Source: an uncultured Gemmatimonadaceae bacterium
Lineage (GTDB): Bacteria > Gemmatimonadota > Gemmatimonadetes > Gemmatimonadales > Gemmatimonadaceae
Direction of reading: 5' to 3'
Length of the DNA: 64,000 nt
NCBI GenBank assembly: GCA_964391175.1
Contig: CAYMKQ010000002.1
Location: 8,799 to 72,798 of the forward strand
Part shown: one piece after another, positions 39,204 through 50,959 of the stretch
Layout: each line of letters opens with the position of its first letter
How positions within the stretch are numbered: position 1 is the stretch's first letter
Notes under the pieces: model-generated
The model's input: the letters and a program-made list of their open reading frames with translations, nothing else
Told to the model about the DNA's origin: nothing
Databases searched by the model: none
Made by a program: the position numbers and the translations under genes

Positions 39204-39940
39204 TGCGCATCGACCTGAGCGGCAAGAACGCACTCGTCACCGGCAGCACCCGGGGAATTGGTCGCTCCATCGCCGAGGCGTTCGTCTCTTGCGGGGCGCG
39301 CGTCGCGGTCGTGGGGCGCGACCTTCAGCGCGCGGAGGAGGCCGCTGCGACAGTGGGCAATGGCGCCCGGGGATTCGCGTGCGACGTGAGTGACACCGCC
39401 GCCGTGGCGAAGCTCGTCGCGGACGTCGAGGCCGCCTTCGGATCGATCGACATCCTCGTGAACAACGCGGGCATCACCCGAGACAATCTCGTCATGCGCC
39501 TCAAGGACGAAGACTGGGACGCGGTGCAGAACACCAATCTCCGGGGCGCGTTCGCGGCGATCCGCGCGGTCTCGCGGGGGATGATGAAGCGCCGGTCCGG
39601 CCGGATCATCAATCTCGCCAGCGTCGTCGGCATCACCGGCAACAAGGGCCAGGCCAACTATGCGGCCAGCAAGGCGGGGCTGATCGCGCTCACCAAATCC
39701 GTCGCAAAGGAGCTGGGCTCGCGCAACATCCTCGTCAACGCGGTGGCCCCGGGGTTTATCGAGACAGAGATGACTGCTGCCATGACGCCTGAGGCCCGCG
39801 ACGCGCTCGGCAAACAGATTGCACTCGGACGGCTGGGCACAGCGAGCGATGTCGCGGGAACCGTTGCCTTCCTCGCTTCGGACCTCGCCTCCTACATCAC
39901 CGGGCAAGTGTTCGTCGTGGATGGCGGAATGATGATGTAA
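39200..39940 (+). CDS. fabG: 3-oxoacyl-ACP reductase
   Basis: TGSTRGIG, NNAGITRD, YAASK motifs. Confidence 0.96.
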   Translation: MMRIDLSGKNALVTGSTRGIGRSIAEAFVSCGARVAVVGRDLQRAEEAAATVGNGARGFACDVSDTAAVAKLVADVEAAFGSIDILVNNAGITRDNLVMRLKDEDWDAVQNTNLRGAFAAIRAVSRGMMKRRSGRIINLASVVGITGNKGQANYAASKAGLIALTKSVAKELGSRNILVNAVAPGFIETEMTAAMTPEARDALGKQIALGRLGTASDVAGTVAFLASDLASYITGQVFVVDGGMMM

Positions 39941-40005
39941 CTTTCTGTCAGATATTCGGTTAGGTATATTACACGACACCCCACAAACACGAGGAAACCC
40001 ATCAA

Positions 40006-40245
40006 ATGGCCGACAATTCCGACAAGGTCAAAGACATCATCGAGAAAGAGCTCGGCGTCGAGCGGGAAAAACTGACGAACGAAGCGAGCTTCATCGAGGA
40101 TCTCGGTGCGGACAGCCTGGACATCGTCGAGCTCGTGATGGAGTTCGAGAAGGAGTTCAACATCGACATCCCGGACGAGGATGCGGAGAAGCTCCGTACC
40201 GTCGGTGACGCCCTTGGTTACCTGAACCAGAAGGTCGGAGCGTAA
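40006..40245 (+). CDS. acpP: Acyl carrier protein
   Basis: DLGADSLD phosphopantetheine motif. Confidence 0.97.
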   Translation: MADNSDKVKDIIEKELGVEREKLTNEASFIEDLGADSLDIVELVMEFEKEFNIDIPDEDAEKLRTVGDALGYLNQKVGA

Positions 40246-41492
40246 TGAAGCGGAGAGTCGTCGTCACTGGCATGGGGGCGATAACCCCCGTCGGTAACGA
40301 TGTGGCGGCGACCTGGCGTTCTCTCATCGAGGGAAAGTCGGGGACCGCTCCCATCACCAAGTTCGACGCGTCGAAGTTCCCGGTGAGATTCGCCGCCGAA
40401 GTGAAGGGCTTCAATCCGCTCGACTACATGGAGCGGAAGGAAGCCAGGCGCGCCGACCCGTACACCCAGTACGCAGTCGCCGGTGCCCGCCAGGCAATGA
40501 CCGATGCCGGACTGGCTGGCGGCAGCAATGGAATGGACCCCGACCGCATCGGCGTCATCATCGGCTCGGGCATCGGGGGACTCAAGAGCTTCGAGGAGCA
40601 GCACGACGTCTATCGAGAGCGCGGGGTAGGCAAGATTTCCCCGTTTTTCATCCCGATGTTCATCGCCGACATCGCTGCGGGAATCGTTTCGATGCAGTTC
40701 AATGCGAAAGGTCCAAACTACGCCACAGTATCAGCTTGTGCCACCAGTGCTCATGCGATAGGTGATGCGTTCAGAACCATCCAGTATGGTGACGCAGACA
40801 TCATGATCACAGGCGGTGCCGAGGCGACCGTCACGCCAATGGCAATCGGCGGTTTCGCCAACATGAAGGCACTCTCCGAGCGCAATGATAGCCCCGAGAC
40901 AGCCTCGCGCCCGTTTGACGCTACGCGCGACGGCTTCGTGATGGGAGAGGGAGCCGGCATCCTTGTACTGGAGGAGTTGGAGCACGCCCTCAAGCGCGGA
41001 ACGAAGATCTACGCGGAAGTCGCCGGCTATGGGGCCACCGGCGATGCGTACCATCTCACTGCGCCAGCCCCCGACGGAGAGGGCGCCCAGCGCGCGATGA
41101 AGCGTGCGCTCAACGACGCTGGACTCACTCCCAAGGACATCCAGTACATCAACGCGCACGGGACTTCGACTCCAGCGAACGACTTCAATGAGACGCGCGC
41201 GATCAAGGCGGTGTTCGGAGACGAGGCGAAGAAGGTCAACGTCAGCTCGACGAAGTCAGCGACCGGGCACATGCTCGGCGCCGCCGGCGCGGTGGAGTTC
41301 ATCGTCAGCTCACTCGTCATCTGCCATGGCGTGATCCCGCCCACGATCAACTACCATCATCCCGATCCGGAGCTCGATCTCAACTACACTCCGAACATCT
41401 GCGTCGATCGAGAGGTGAGCGCGGTTCTGAGTAACAGCTTTGGCTTCGGTGGCCACAACACCACCCTCGCCGTAAAGCGCTACAACAGCTGA
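40245..41492 (+). CDS. fabF: Beta-ketoacyl-ACP synthase II
   Basis: SACAT, NAHGTST, GHMLGAAG, NSFGFGG motifs. Confidence 0.97.
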   Translation: MKRRVVVTGMGAITPVGNDVAATWRSLIEGKSGTAPITKFDASKFPVRFAAEVKGFNPLDYMERKEARRADPYTQYAVAGARQAMTDAGLAGGSNGMDPDRIGVIIGSGIGGLKSFEEQHDVYRERGVGKISPFFIPMFIADIAAGIVSMQFNAKGPNYATVSACATSAHAIGDAFRTIQYGDADIMITGGAEATVTPMAIGGFANMKALSERNDSPETASRPFDATRDGFVMGEGAGILVLEELEHALKRGTKIYAEVAGYGATGDAYHLTAPAPDGEGAQRAMKRALNDAGLTPKDIQYINAHGTSTPANDFNETRAIKAVFGDEAKKVNVSSTKSATGHMLGAAGAVEFIVSSLVICHGVIPPTINYHHPDPELDLNYTPNICVDREVSAVLSNSFGFGGHNTTLAVKRYNS

Positions 41493-41497
41493 CGGAA

Positions 41498-42670
41498 ATG
41501 ATCCCGGAGGCCTCGCTCGATCTCGGTCAGATCACCGACAGCGAGCTAAGAGCCGTCGGCGAGAAAGTCGTCTCCAGCACGCGGCTTTCTCCAGCTGACG
41601 CCAAGTTCCTGTTCACGTCGCCCGACCTGTTGGGAGTGGGACTCCTCGCGGACTACGCGAACCGGCGCAAGCACGGCGACCTAGTCACCTTCGCGGCGAA
41701 TCAGCACATCAATCCGACCAATGTCTGCTACCTGCGAAAGACGTGCGTCTTCTGCTCCTTCGCCCGGCTGCCGAAGGAGGAAGGAGCATACCACTACACG
41801 CTGGACGATGTGTACGCGGAGGCGGAGGCAGCCGCGAACGGGTTGACCAAGGAGTTTCACATCGTCGGCGGACTCGACATGAAGGCAGGGCTCGTCTACT
41901 ACAGCGAGATGTTCCGCGGGCTCAAAGCGCGGCACCCGCAGGTCCACATCAAGGCTCTCACGGCGGTCGAGATCGCGCACATCGCGCGCATTGACAAGAT
42001 GTCGATCGAGGATGTGCTGATCGCGCTGCGTGAAGCCGGGCTCGACACGCTTCCCGGAGGCGGGGCTGAGGTATTCGGCAAGGGCGTCCGCATGGCGATC
42101 GCCGACAAGAAGCTCGCTGCCGAGGACTGGATCGACGTCCATCGGACCGCGCACCGGCTGGGGATTCGCTCGAACTGCACCATGCTCTACGGGCACATCG
42201 AGACAATCGAGGACCGCGTCGAGCACCTTGCGATTCTGCGCGACCTTCAGGACGAATCCGGCGGCTTCCTCGCCTACATCCCCCTGGCATACCATCCCGA
42301 CAACAACGAGCTCGGGATCGAGCTTGGCCGCCAGGGATCGGCGACGACCGGCTTCGACGATCTGCGAAATCTCGCGGTCGGGCGCCTCTTCCTCGACAAC
42401 TTCGAGCACATCAAAACTCACTGGATCATGGTGACGCCGTTTCTTTCGCAGACCGCGCTCTCCTTCGGCGTCAACGATCTGGAGGGAACCGTCGTGAGGG
42501 AGAAGATCTACCACGAGGCGGGAGCGCACACGGCGCAGGGCCTGGGACTGGATGAGATTCTCGATCTGATCAGATCCGCCGGGAAAATTCCGGCCGAGCG
42601 CGATTCCTTCTACAACGTGCTTCGCGTATTCGACCCGGTTGCCGCAGCTGCGCCCGCGGTGGCGGCGTGA
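41498..42670 (+). CDS. mqnE: Aminofutalosine synthase (radical SAM, CofH/MqnE family)
   Basis: HINPTNVC, HIKALTAVEI, PGGGAE, HIKTHW, GTVVREKIYHEAGA motifs. Adjacent to mqnA and mqnC. Confidence 0.85.
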   Translation: MIPEASLDLGQITDSELRAVGEKVVSSTRLSPADAKFLFTSPDLLGVGLLADYANRRKHGDLVTFAANQHINPTNVCYLRKTCVFCSFARLPKEEGAYHYTLDDVYAEAEAAANGLTKEFHIVGGLDMKAGLVYYSEMFRGLKARHPQVHIKALTAVEIAHIARIDKMSIEDVLIALREAGLDTLPGGGAEVFGKGVRMAIADKKLAAEDWIDVHRTAHRLGIRSNCTMLYGHIETIEDRVEHLAILRDLQDESGGFLAYIPLAYHPDNNELGIELGRQGSATTGFDDLRNLAVGRLFLDNFEHIKTHWIMVTPFLSQTALSFGVNDLEGTVVREKIYHEAGAHTAQGLGLDEILDLIRSAGKIPAERDSFYNVLRVFDPVAAAAPAVAA

Positions 42671-43497
42671 TGAGAATCGGACGCATCCCATACATCAACT
42701 GCTATCCCGTGTACGGGGCCATCGATCGGGGAGTCGTCCGGCTCGGGGCCGAGCTGGTGAGTGGTGTTCCGACGGACCTCAACCGAAAGATGGCGGCAGG
42801 GGAGCTGGACATCAGCGTCGTATCGGCGGTGGAATACGCGCGTGATTCCCAGCGGTATCTGCTGCTTCCCGATCTCGCGATCTCATGTGATGGGCCGGTG
42901 AGGAGCGTGATGCTCTTCTCGAAGCGCCCCGCGAGCGAGCTCGGGGGTCGAAGCGTCATCGTCAGCCGGAGCTCGATGACCAGCGTCGCGCTTCTCGAGC
43001 TGCTGTTCGAGAATGTGTGGCACGCTATGCCGCGCTTCGTCGCGGGCGATGCCGAGGTCCGCGACGTAACAATGGACGACGGCAGAGACGCCGACGCCCG
43101 CCTCGTCATTGGTGACGCCGCCCTCGTCCTCGGCTCGCGTCGAAGCGAGCGATACCCCCATGCATACGATCTGGGCCAGATGTGGAAGGAGTGGACGGGG
43201 CAGCCCTTCGTGTTCGCCGTCTGGGTCGCCCAGCGATCCACCGACGTGAAGGAGGCGCTTTCCGCGCATGCCGGCCTCATCATCTCGCGGAACTGGGGCC
43301 TCGACCATCTCTCCGAGCTCGCGGCTCAGGCGCAGGAAGCGACCGGCGTCGAGCGCGAGGTTTGCGACGAGTATCTTTCGGGCCTCGACTACGGCTTGTC
43401 GTATCCCCATCTCGCCGGCCTGACGGAGTTCTATCGCCGGCTCGTCGAGCGGGGCCGCATTCCCAACGGCACTCTCACCTTCCTGCCCGCGGCATGA
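42670..43497 (+). CDS. mqnA: Chorismate dehydratase (futalosine pathway)
   Basis: IPYINCYP, GPVRSV, SMTSVAL, LVIGD.AL, DLGQMWKEWTGQPFVFAVW motifs. Confidence 0.9.
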   Translation: MRIGRIPYINCYPVYGAIDRGVVRLGAELVSGVPTDLNRKMAAGELDISVVSAVEYARDSQRYLLLPDLAISCDGPVRSVMLFSKRPASELGGRSVIVSRSSMTSVALLELLFENVWHAMPRFVAGDAEVRDVTMDDGRDADARLVIGDAALVLGSRRSERYPHAYDLGQMWKEWTGQPFVFAVWVAQRSTDVKEALSAHAGLIISRNWGLDHLSELAAQAQEATGVEREVCDEYLSGLDYGLSYPHLAGLTEFYRRLVERGRIPNGTLTFLPAA

Positions 43498-44588
43498 GCG
43501 AAGCCCGCGATCTGCTCGACTTCTACACCAACGCGCCGCTGCTGGAGCTCGGCACGGCTGCGGACCGAGTGCGGCAGGCTAAGCATCCGGGCAATACGGT
43601 GACCTACATCATCGACCGGAACATCAACTACACGAACGTCTGCGTAGCCGATTGTGGATTCTGCGCGTTCGCGCGCCGGCCGAAGCACGGCGAGGGATAC
43701 ACTCTCTCCTTCGAGGAGATCGGCGCCAAGATCGACGAGTTGAAAGCGCTGGGCGGCGTACAGATCCTGATCCAGGGCGGGCACAACCCGTACATCCCGT
43801 TCGACTGGTACCTCGACCTCATGAGGTACATCAAACGCAACCACCCCATCCACATCCATGGGTTCAGTCCAAGTGAAGTTGACTTCTTCGCCAAGCTGTT
43901 CCGGATGGAAGCGGTGGAGGTGATACGCGAGCTGCGCAAGGCGGGACTCGATTCGATCCCGGGCGGCGGCGGCGAGATCCTGGTGCAGCGGGTGCGCGAC
44001 ATCGTCGCGCCGAAGAAGGCCGGCGCCGATCGGTGGCTCGAGATCATGGAGCTCGCCCACAACGAGGGGATGAAGACTTCGGTCACGATGATGTACGGGC
44101 TGGGTGAGACACTCGCCGAGCGGCTCGAGCATCTGGAGCGGGTGAGGGACGTGCAGTCGCGCACCGGGGGGTTCACGGCGTTCATCTGCTGGCCGCTCCA
44201 GCCCGAGAATACTCCCACTATGTCGCACCAGCCGAAAACCGGCGCCACCGAATACCTCCGCACGGTCGCGTTCGCGAGAATCGTTCTCGATAACGTTCCG
44301 AATCTTCAATCGAGCTGGGTGACGATGGGCATGAAGATCGGGCAGATAGCGCTGCGCTTCGGATGCAATGATTTCGGGTCACTCATGATCGAGGAGAACG
44401 TCGTCTCCGCCGCGAACACAACCCATCGAACATCCACAGCAGAAATGGAGCGCCTCATTCGCGACGCCGGCTTCACGCCTGCACGTCGGAAGCAGGACTA
44501 CTCACTCCTGGATGCAAATCCGCGGGTGCCGCTTGCCGTCTCGCCATCGGGAGCACTCTCGCGCGCCGGTGCTCATGCCGCCGCGTGA
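43494..44588 (+). CDS. mqnC: Cyclic dehypoxanthine futalosine synthase (radical SAM)
   Basis: DRNINYTNVCVADCGFCAF, QGG.NP, SIPGGGGEIL, QSSWVT, DFGSLMIEENVV motifs. Confidence 0.92.
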   Translation: MSEARDLLDFYTNAPLLELGTAADRVRQAKHPGNTVTYIIDRNINYTNVCVADCGFCAFARRPKHGEGYTLSFEEIGAKIDELKALGGVQILIQGGHNPYIPFDWYLDLMRYIKRNHPIHIHGFSPSEVDFFAKLFRMEAVEVIRELRKAGLDSIPGGGGEILVQRVRDIVAPKKAGADRWLEIMELAHNEGMKTSVTMMYGLGETLAERLEHLERVRDVQSRTGGFTAFICWPLQPENTPTMSHQPKTGATEYLRTVAFARIVLDNVPNLQSSWVTMGMKIGQIALRFGCNDFGSLMIEENVVSAANTTHRTSTAEMERLIRDAGFTPARRKQDYSLLDANPRVPLAVSPSGALSRAGAHAAA

Positions 44589-45105
44589 ACCTCGCGGGGC
44601 ATCGCCACCCGGATCGGCCGGCGCGAATTACCGCGTCGGCATTGGCTACGATTCCCACCGTTTCGTTTCCGGCCGCCCCCTCATCCTCGGCGGCATTTTA
44701 ATACCGTCCGACGTTGGCCTGCTCGGCCACTCCGACGCGGATGCAGTCTGCCACGCGGTCACCGACGCGATTCTCGGCGCCGCCGGACTCGGAGATATCG
44801 GGGAGATGTTTCCCGACAGCGACGCCGCGAACAGGGATCGCGACTCGATCGGGATGCTTGAGCTCGCGGTAAGACGGATCTCGGCGGCGGGCTACGCGGT
44901 AGGTCAGGTGGACGTGAGCGTGATAGCGGAGGCTCCGAGACTTTCCTCACACCGCGAGAAGATCCGTGGCCGGCTCGCGGCCGCGCTCGGTATCGATTCG
45001 TCGAGCGTGAGCATCAAAGGAAAGTCGAACGAAGGAATGGGTTGGATCGGCCGCAAAGAGGGCCTGGCCTGCATCGCGGTCGCCACGCTGCAGGGGAATC
45101 GCTAG
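44575..45105 (+). CDS. ispF: 2-C-methyl-D-erythritol 2,4-cyclodiphosphate synthase
   Basis: RVGIGYDSHRF, GHSDAD, GDIG..FP motifs. Start uncertain. Confidence 0.94.
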   Translation: MPPREPRGASPPGSAGANYRVGIGYDSHRFVSGRPLILGGILIPSDVGLLGHSDADAVCHAVTDAILGAAGLGDIGEMFPDSDAANRDRDSIGMLELAVRRISAAGYAVGQVDVSVIAEAPRLSSHREKIRGRLAAALGIDSSSVSIKGKSNEGMGWIGRKEGLACIAVATLQGNR

Positions 45106-45108
45106 CGA

Positions 45109-45726
45109 ATGCTGGAGACAGTCATCGCCTGGCTGGGGGATCTTCCCATCGGAACGCTTTACGTTGCGATCGCGGGCCTCTCAGCCTTCGAGAATTTCTT
45201 CCCACCATTCCCGTCTGACGGCGTCATCGCCTTTGGAAGCTTCCTCGCTTCGAGAGCACAGGGATCGCCTTTCACCGTATTCGTCCTGGGTTGGTTCGGG
45301 AATGTGGCGGGTGCGATGGTCACGTACACGCTGGCGCGACGATTCGGCTCCGACATGATCCTCAAGCGCCTGGAAAGATACGCGGGCCCCACGGCCGAGA
45401 ACAGGATGAAGGATCTGATTGCGCGCTATGGCTTCGGCGGTCTGTTTGTCAGTCGCTTCCTGCCCGGTGTGCGCGCCGTCGTTCCGCCATTCGCGGGAGC
45501 GATGCGTCTACCGCCAGTCAAGGTATTCCTCGCGATCGCCAGCGCGTCGGCGCTCTGGTTTGGCATCATCACCTTTCTCGCCTTTCGCGCGGGCGACAAC
45601 TGGGACCTGCTTCAGGAGTACATCCTCCGATCGGGAACGTGGGCCGGAGTCATATCCGCAACGATCGTCGCGCTCATGGTTGCGATCTGGCTGCTCCGGC
45701 GCCGAAAGCGGGCGATGCGTGAGTAA
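45109..45726 (+). CDS. DedA family membrane protein
   Basis: ENFFPPFPSD, SRFLPGVR motifs. Confidence 0.9.
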   Translation: MLETVIAWLGDLPIGTLYVAIAGLSAFENFFPPFPSDGVIAFGSFLASRAQGSPFTVFVLGWFGNVAGAMVTYTLARRFGSDMILKRLERYAGPTAENRMKDLIARYGFGGLFVSRFLPGVRAVVPPFAGAMRLPPVKVFLAIASASALWFGIITFLAFRAGDNWDLLQEYILRSGTWAGVISATIVALMVAIWLLRRRKRAMRE

Positions 45727-46639
45727 GGCCGGGCTCGACGACGCCGTGGCCCGAGCATTCTATGTCGAGAGGTTCGACGACTTCCTCGCGCTCGAGCAAG
45801 GCGCGTCGGTCCAGACGAGCAGGGCGTACAAGCTCGACATCGCGCGGTTCGTCACTTACGCAAGCGTCAAGGGCGCATCTTCGCCAGCGGATGTCGGATC
45901 CCGCTCACTCCGCGAGTACATCTATCATCTGAAGGACCTGGGACTCGCTGCGGCCTCCATCCGCCGCAACGTCTCGGCGGTCCGAACGTATTTCAAGTTT
46001 CTCGTTGGCGAGGGACATGTCGTTCGCGATCCGAGTGAGAGGCTCGAGATGCCACGCCGCTGGCGGACTCTTCCCGAAGTGCTTGGCGTCGAAGAGGTCG
46101 AAAAGCTTCTCTCGGCGCCTTCGCTGGACGAGCCGCTCGCTTTTCGCGACCGCGCCATGCTCGAGCTGGCGTACGGCGCCGGTCTCCGGGTATCGGAATG
46201 GATCTCGCTGGGCGTGCGCGATGTGATGCTTCAGGATCATCTGGTCCGCGTCTTCGGAAAGGGAGCGAAGGAGCGGCTCGTGCCAATAGGACGCCGCGCC
46301 ATCGGCGCCATCGCCATTTACCTCCGCGAGCTTCGGCCATCGCTCGAGCGCGGAGAGGGGAAGGGCGTTCTCTTTCTGAACGCGCGCGGCCGGCCTCTTT
46401 CGCGGATGGGCGCCTGGAAGATCTTGCGGAAGTATGTGCAGCAGGCGGGAATCACCAAGCCCGTCTCTCCTCACACGCTCAGACACTCCTTCGCGACGCA
46501 CCTTCTTGAAGGCGGTGCCGATCTGCGAGCCGTGCAGGAGATGCTTGGGCATGTCGACATCTCCACCACGCAGATCTACACGCACATCGACCGCGAGTAC
46601 CTGCGGAGCGTACACAAGCAGTTTCATCCCCGCTCGTAG
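45719..46639 (+). CDS. xerD: Site-specific tyrosine recombinase XerD
   Basis: RDRAMLELAYGAGLRVSE, GKGAKER.VP, HTLRHSFATHLL.GGADLR.VQEMLGH..ISTTQIY motifs. Confidence 0.92.
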   Translation: MSKAGLDDAVARAFYVERFDDFLALEQGASVQTSRAYKLDIARFVTYASVKGASSPADVGSRSLREYIYHLKDLGLAAASIRRNVSAVRTYFKFLVGEGHVVRDPSERLEMPRRWRTLPEVLGVEEVEKLLSAPSLDEPLAFRDRAMLELAYGAGLRVSEWISLGVRDVMLQDHLVRVFGKGAKERLVPIGRRAIGAIAIYLRELRPSLERGEGKGVLFLNARGRPLSRMGAWKILRKYVQQAGITKPVSPHTLRHSFATHLLEGGADLRAVQEMLGHVDISTTQIYTHIDREYLRSVHKQFHPRS

Positions 46640-46655
46640 AACTGGAACGCCGGCC

Positions 46656-47231
46656 ATGCTTCTCGTTCTCGACAACTACGACTCGTTCACGTATAACCTG
46701 GTTCAGTACCTGGGTGAGCTCGGCGAGCAGCCCGTAGTGAAGCGAAACGACGAGATCTCGGTCGAGGACATCGGCACGCTCGGCGTTACGCGTATGGTGA
46801 TCTCACCCGGCCCAGGCACGCCCTCCGAAGCTGGCGTCAGCGTCGACGCGATCAGGCGCTGGGGCAGCGAGTTGCCGATTCTGGGCGTTTGCCTCGGCCA
46901 CCAGGCGATTGGAGAGGCATATGGAGGCAAGGTCGTGCGCGCACGCACGCTCATGCACGGAAAAACCTCCCGTATCACCCACGAAGGGAGCGGCATCTTC
47001 TTGGGGCTCCCAAGTCCTCTGGAGGTCATGCGCTATCATTCCCTCGTGCTGGAGGCCGAATCCTTGCCAGAAGAGATCGAGATCGTCGCAAGGGGACTCG
47101 ATGATCCGAGCGAGATCCACGCAATCAGGCACCGCCGGCATCCCGTCTGGGGCGTTCAATTTCATCCGGAGTCGATTCTGACGCAGAACGGCAAGGACAT
47201 CCTGCGAAACTTTCTCGCTCTGACGCGATGA
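46656..47231 (+). CDS. Anthranilate/aminodeoxychorismate synthase component II (glutamine amidotransferase)
   Basis: DNYDSFTYNL, SPGPG, GVCLGHQ, RYHSL, QFHPES motifs. TrpG versus PabA cannot be resolved. Confidence 0.92.
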   Translation: MLLVLDNYDSFTYNLVQYLGELGEQPVVKRNDEISVEDIGTLGVTRMVISPGPGTPSEAGVSVDAIRRWGSELPILGVCLGHQAIGEAYGGKVVRARTLMHGKTSRITHEGSGIFLGLPSPLEVMRYHSLVLEAESLPEEIEIVARGLDDPSEIHAIRHRRHPVWGVQFHPESILTQNGKDILRNFLALTR

Positions 47232-48439
47232 GAGCCGTCCTTGTCGCACCGCTCGCTGTCGCCATTCTCGCCGGGGCTGTCAGCGCGCAGGACACCACAA
47301 CGGTATCCGTCGACACGAGCTACGTCGTTTACGACGACTCGCCGATCACTCTTCCGCTCGGCATCGGGTTCCGGGTCCCCTCCTACGACCGTGTGAACGG
47401 CTTAACGCTGCCGTGGGGTCCCAAACTGGAGCTCGGGGACGATCAACTCGAGCTCGACGCAGTGGTCAGCTATCGGTCGAACCTGGGAGCGTGGGATCCT
47501 TCCGTGGAAGGCTATTTCAGGCCTGGGCACGGAAACGAGATCAAGGCGTTCGTGGGACGCAGCACGTTCACGAACGACGGTTGGATCCGATCCGACCTCT
47601 CCAACTCGGCGGCCGCGTTCTTCGCTGGTAGTGACGCGCGGAACTATTATCGGGCAGACCGCGCCGCCGCGAGGTATACGCGAACGCTGACCATATCCGC
47701 GACTACGCTCACCCCTTTCGTTGGCGGTAGCATCGAAAGAGATTGGTCTACCGGATCGCTCGCTCCGCGCAAGTCGCCATGGAGCTTCCTGGGAAGGAAG
47801 AACAACCTCAAGATGCGGCGACCAAATCCGCCGGTGCTGAACGGGCGCATCAACTCATTCATTGGAGGATCCGGCTTCGAGCTCTATCGGGGAGAGCTCG
47901 AGGCAAAGCTCGCGGCAACGGTGGAGCACGCGTTCAGAGCGCCGCGGGAGCGGTGCATCCCGCCCGGAGGTCCGATATGCACCGTAACGGTGGACGACGC
48001 CCCGTTCACGCAGACCACTCTCGAAAGTCACGCATCGTTTCCAACGTTCGGCAGCCAGAGCTTTGCGTTCAAGGGCCACGCGGTGCTTACCGGGTCCCGG
48101 ATCGCACCACCCCAGCGCTTCGCGTACCTCGGTGGAGCGGGCACTCTCGCCACAGTGAATCTCCTCGCGCTGGGAGGCGACCGTCTGCTCTTCGTTCAAG
48201 GGGACTACACGGTGCCGATCGAGCGCTTCCAGTTCAAGTATCTCGGCAGCCCATTCGTCGCGCTCAGGTACGCCGCCGGCAGTGCGGGTGCAGGGGAGCT
48301 GCCCCCGCTCATCCAGAATGTCGGTGTCGGTGCGGGCATCAGCTTCTTCCGCATCGACTACAGCATCGATCCGGCAAGCAACCGCTCTCCGTTATCGCGC
48401 CGGTCGGCGTTCTCACTCGGACTCTCGCTCCCTCGCTGA
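47228..48439 (+). CDS. Hypothetical exported protein, probable outer-membrane beta-barrel
   Basis: Sec signal peptide (…AVSA-Q), amphipathic aromatic-rich strands, C-terminal FSLGLSL strand. Confidence 0.6.
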   Translation: MRAVLVAPLAVAILAGAVSAQDTTTVSVDTSYVVYDDSPITLPLGIGFRVPSYDRVNGLTLPWGPKLELGDDQLELDAVVSYRSNLGAWDPSVEGYFRPGHGNEIKAFVGRSTFTNDGWIRSDLSNSAAAFFAGSDARNYYRADRAAARYTRTLTISATTLTPFVGGSIERDWSTGSLAPRKSPWSFLGRKNNLKMRRPNPPVLNGRINSFIGGSGFELYRGELEAKLAATVEHAFRAPRERCIPPGGPICTVTVDDAPFTQTTLESHASFPTFGSQSFAFKGHAVLTGSRIAPPQRFAYLGGAGTLATVNLLALGGDRLLFVQGDYTVPIERFQFKYLGSPFVALRYAAGSAGAGELPPLIQNVGVGAGISFFRIDYSIDPASNRSPLSRRSAFSLGLSLPR

Positions 48440-48453
48440 GCCGCTGAAATCGT

Positions 48454-48482
48454 TTGCCCCTGCAGTGCGCGCTGGGTATATT
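48454..48482 (+). promoter_or_regulatory. Putative sigma70 promoter of the kdsB-pyrG-kdsA-lpt operon
   Basis: TTGCCC-17 bp-TATATT. Confidence 0.55.
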
Positions 48483-48527
48483 ACCGGGCGTGACTTTTGC
48501 ATCGTGTCGCGCAAAAATGGGTGGGTG

Positions 48528-50958
<2,431 letters not shown>

Positions 50959-50959
50959 C

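Noticed and set aside
45719-46639. Tyrosine recombinase as a possible integrase or mobile element
   Set aside because: It has chromosomal XerD signatures and is embedded among housekeeping genes. I saw no att repeats, tRNA or cargo genes.
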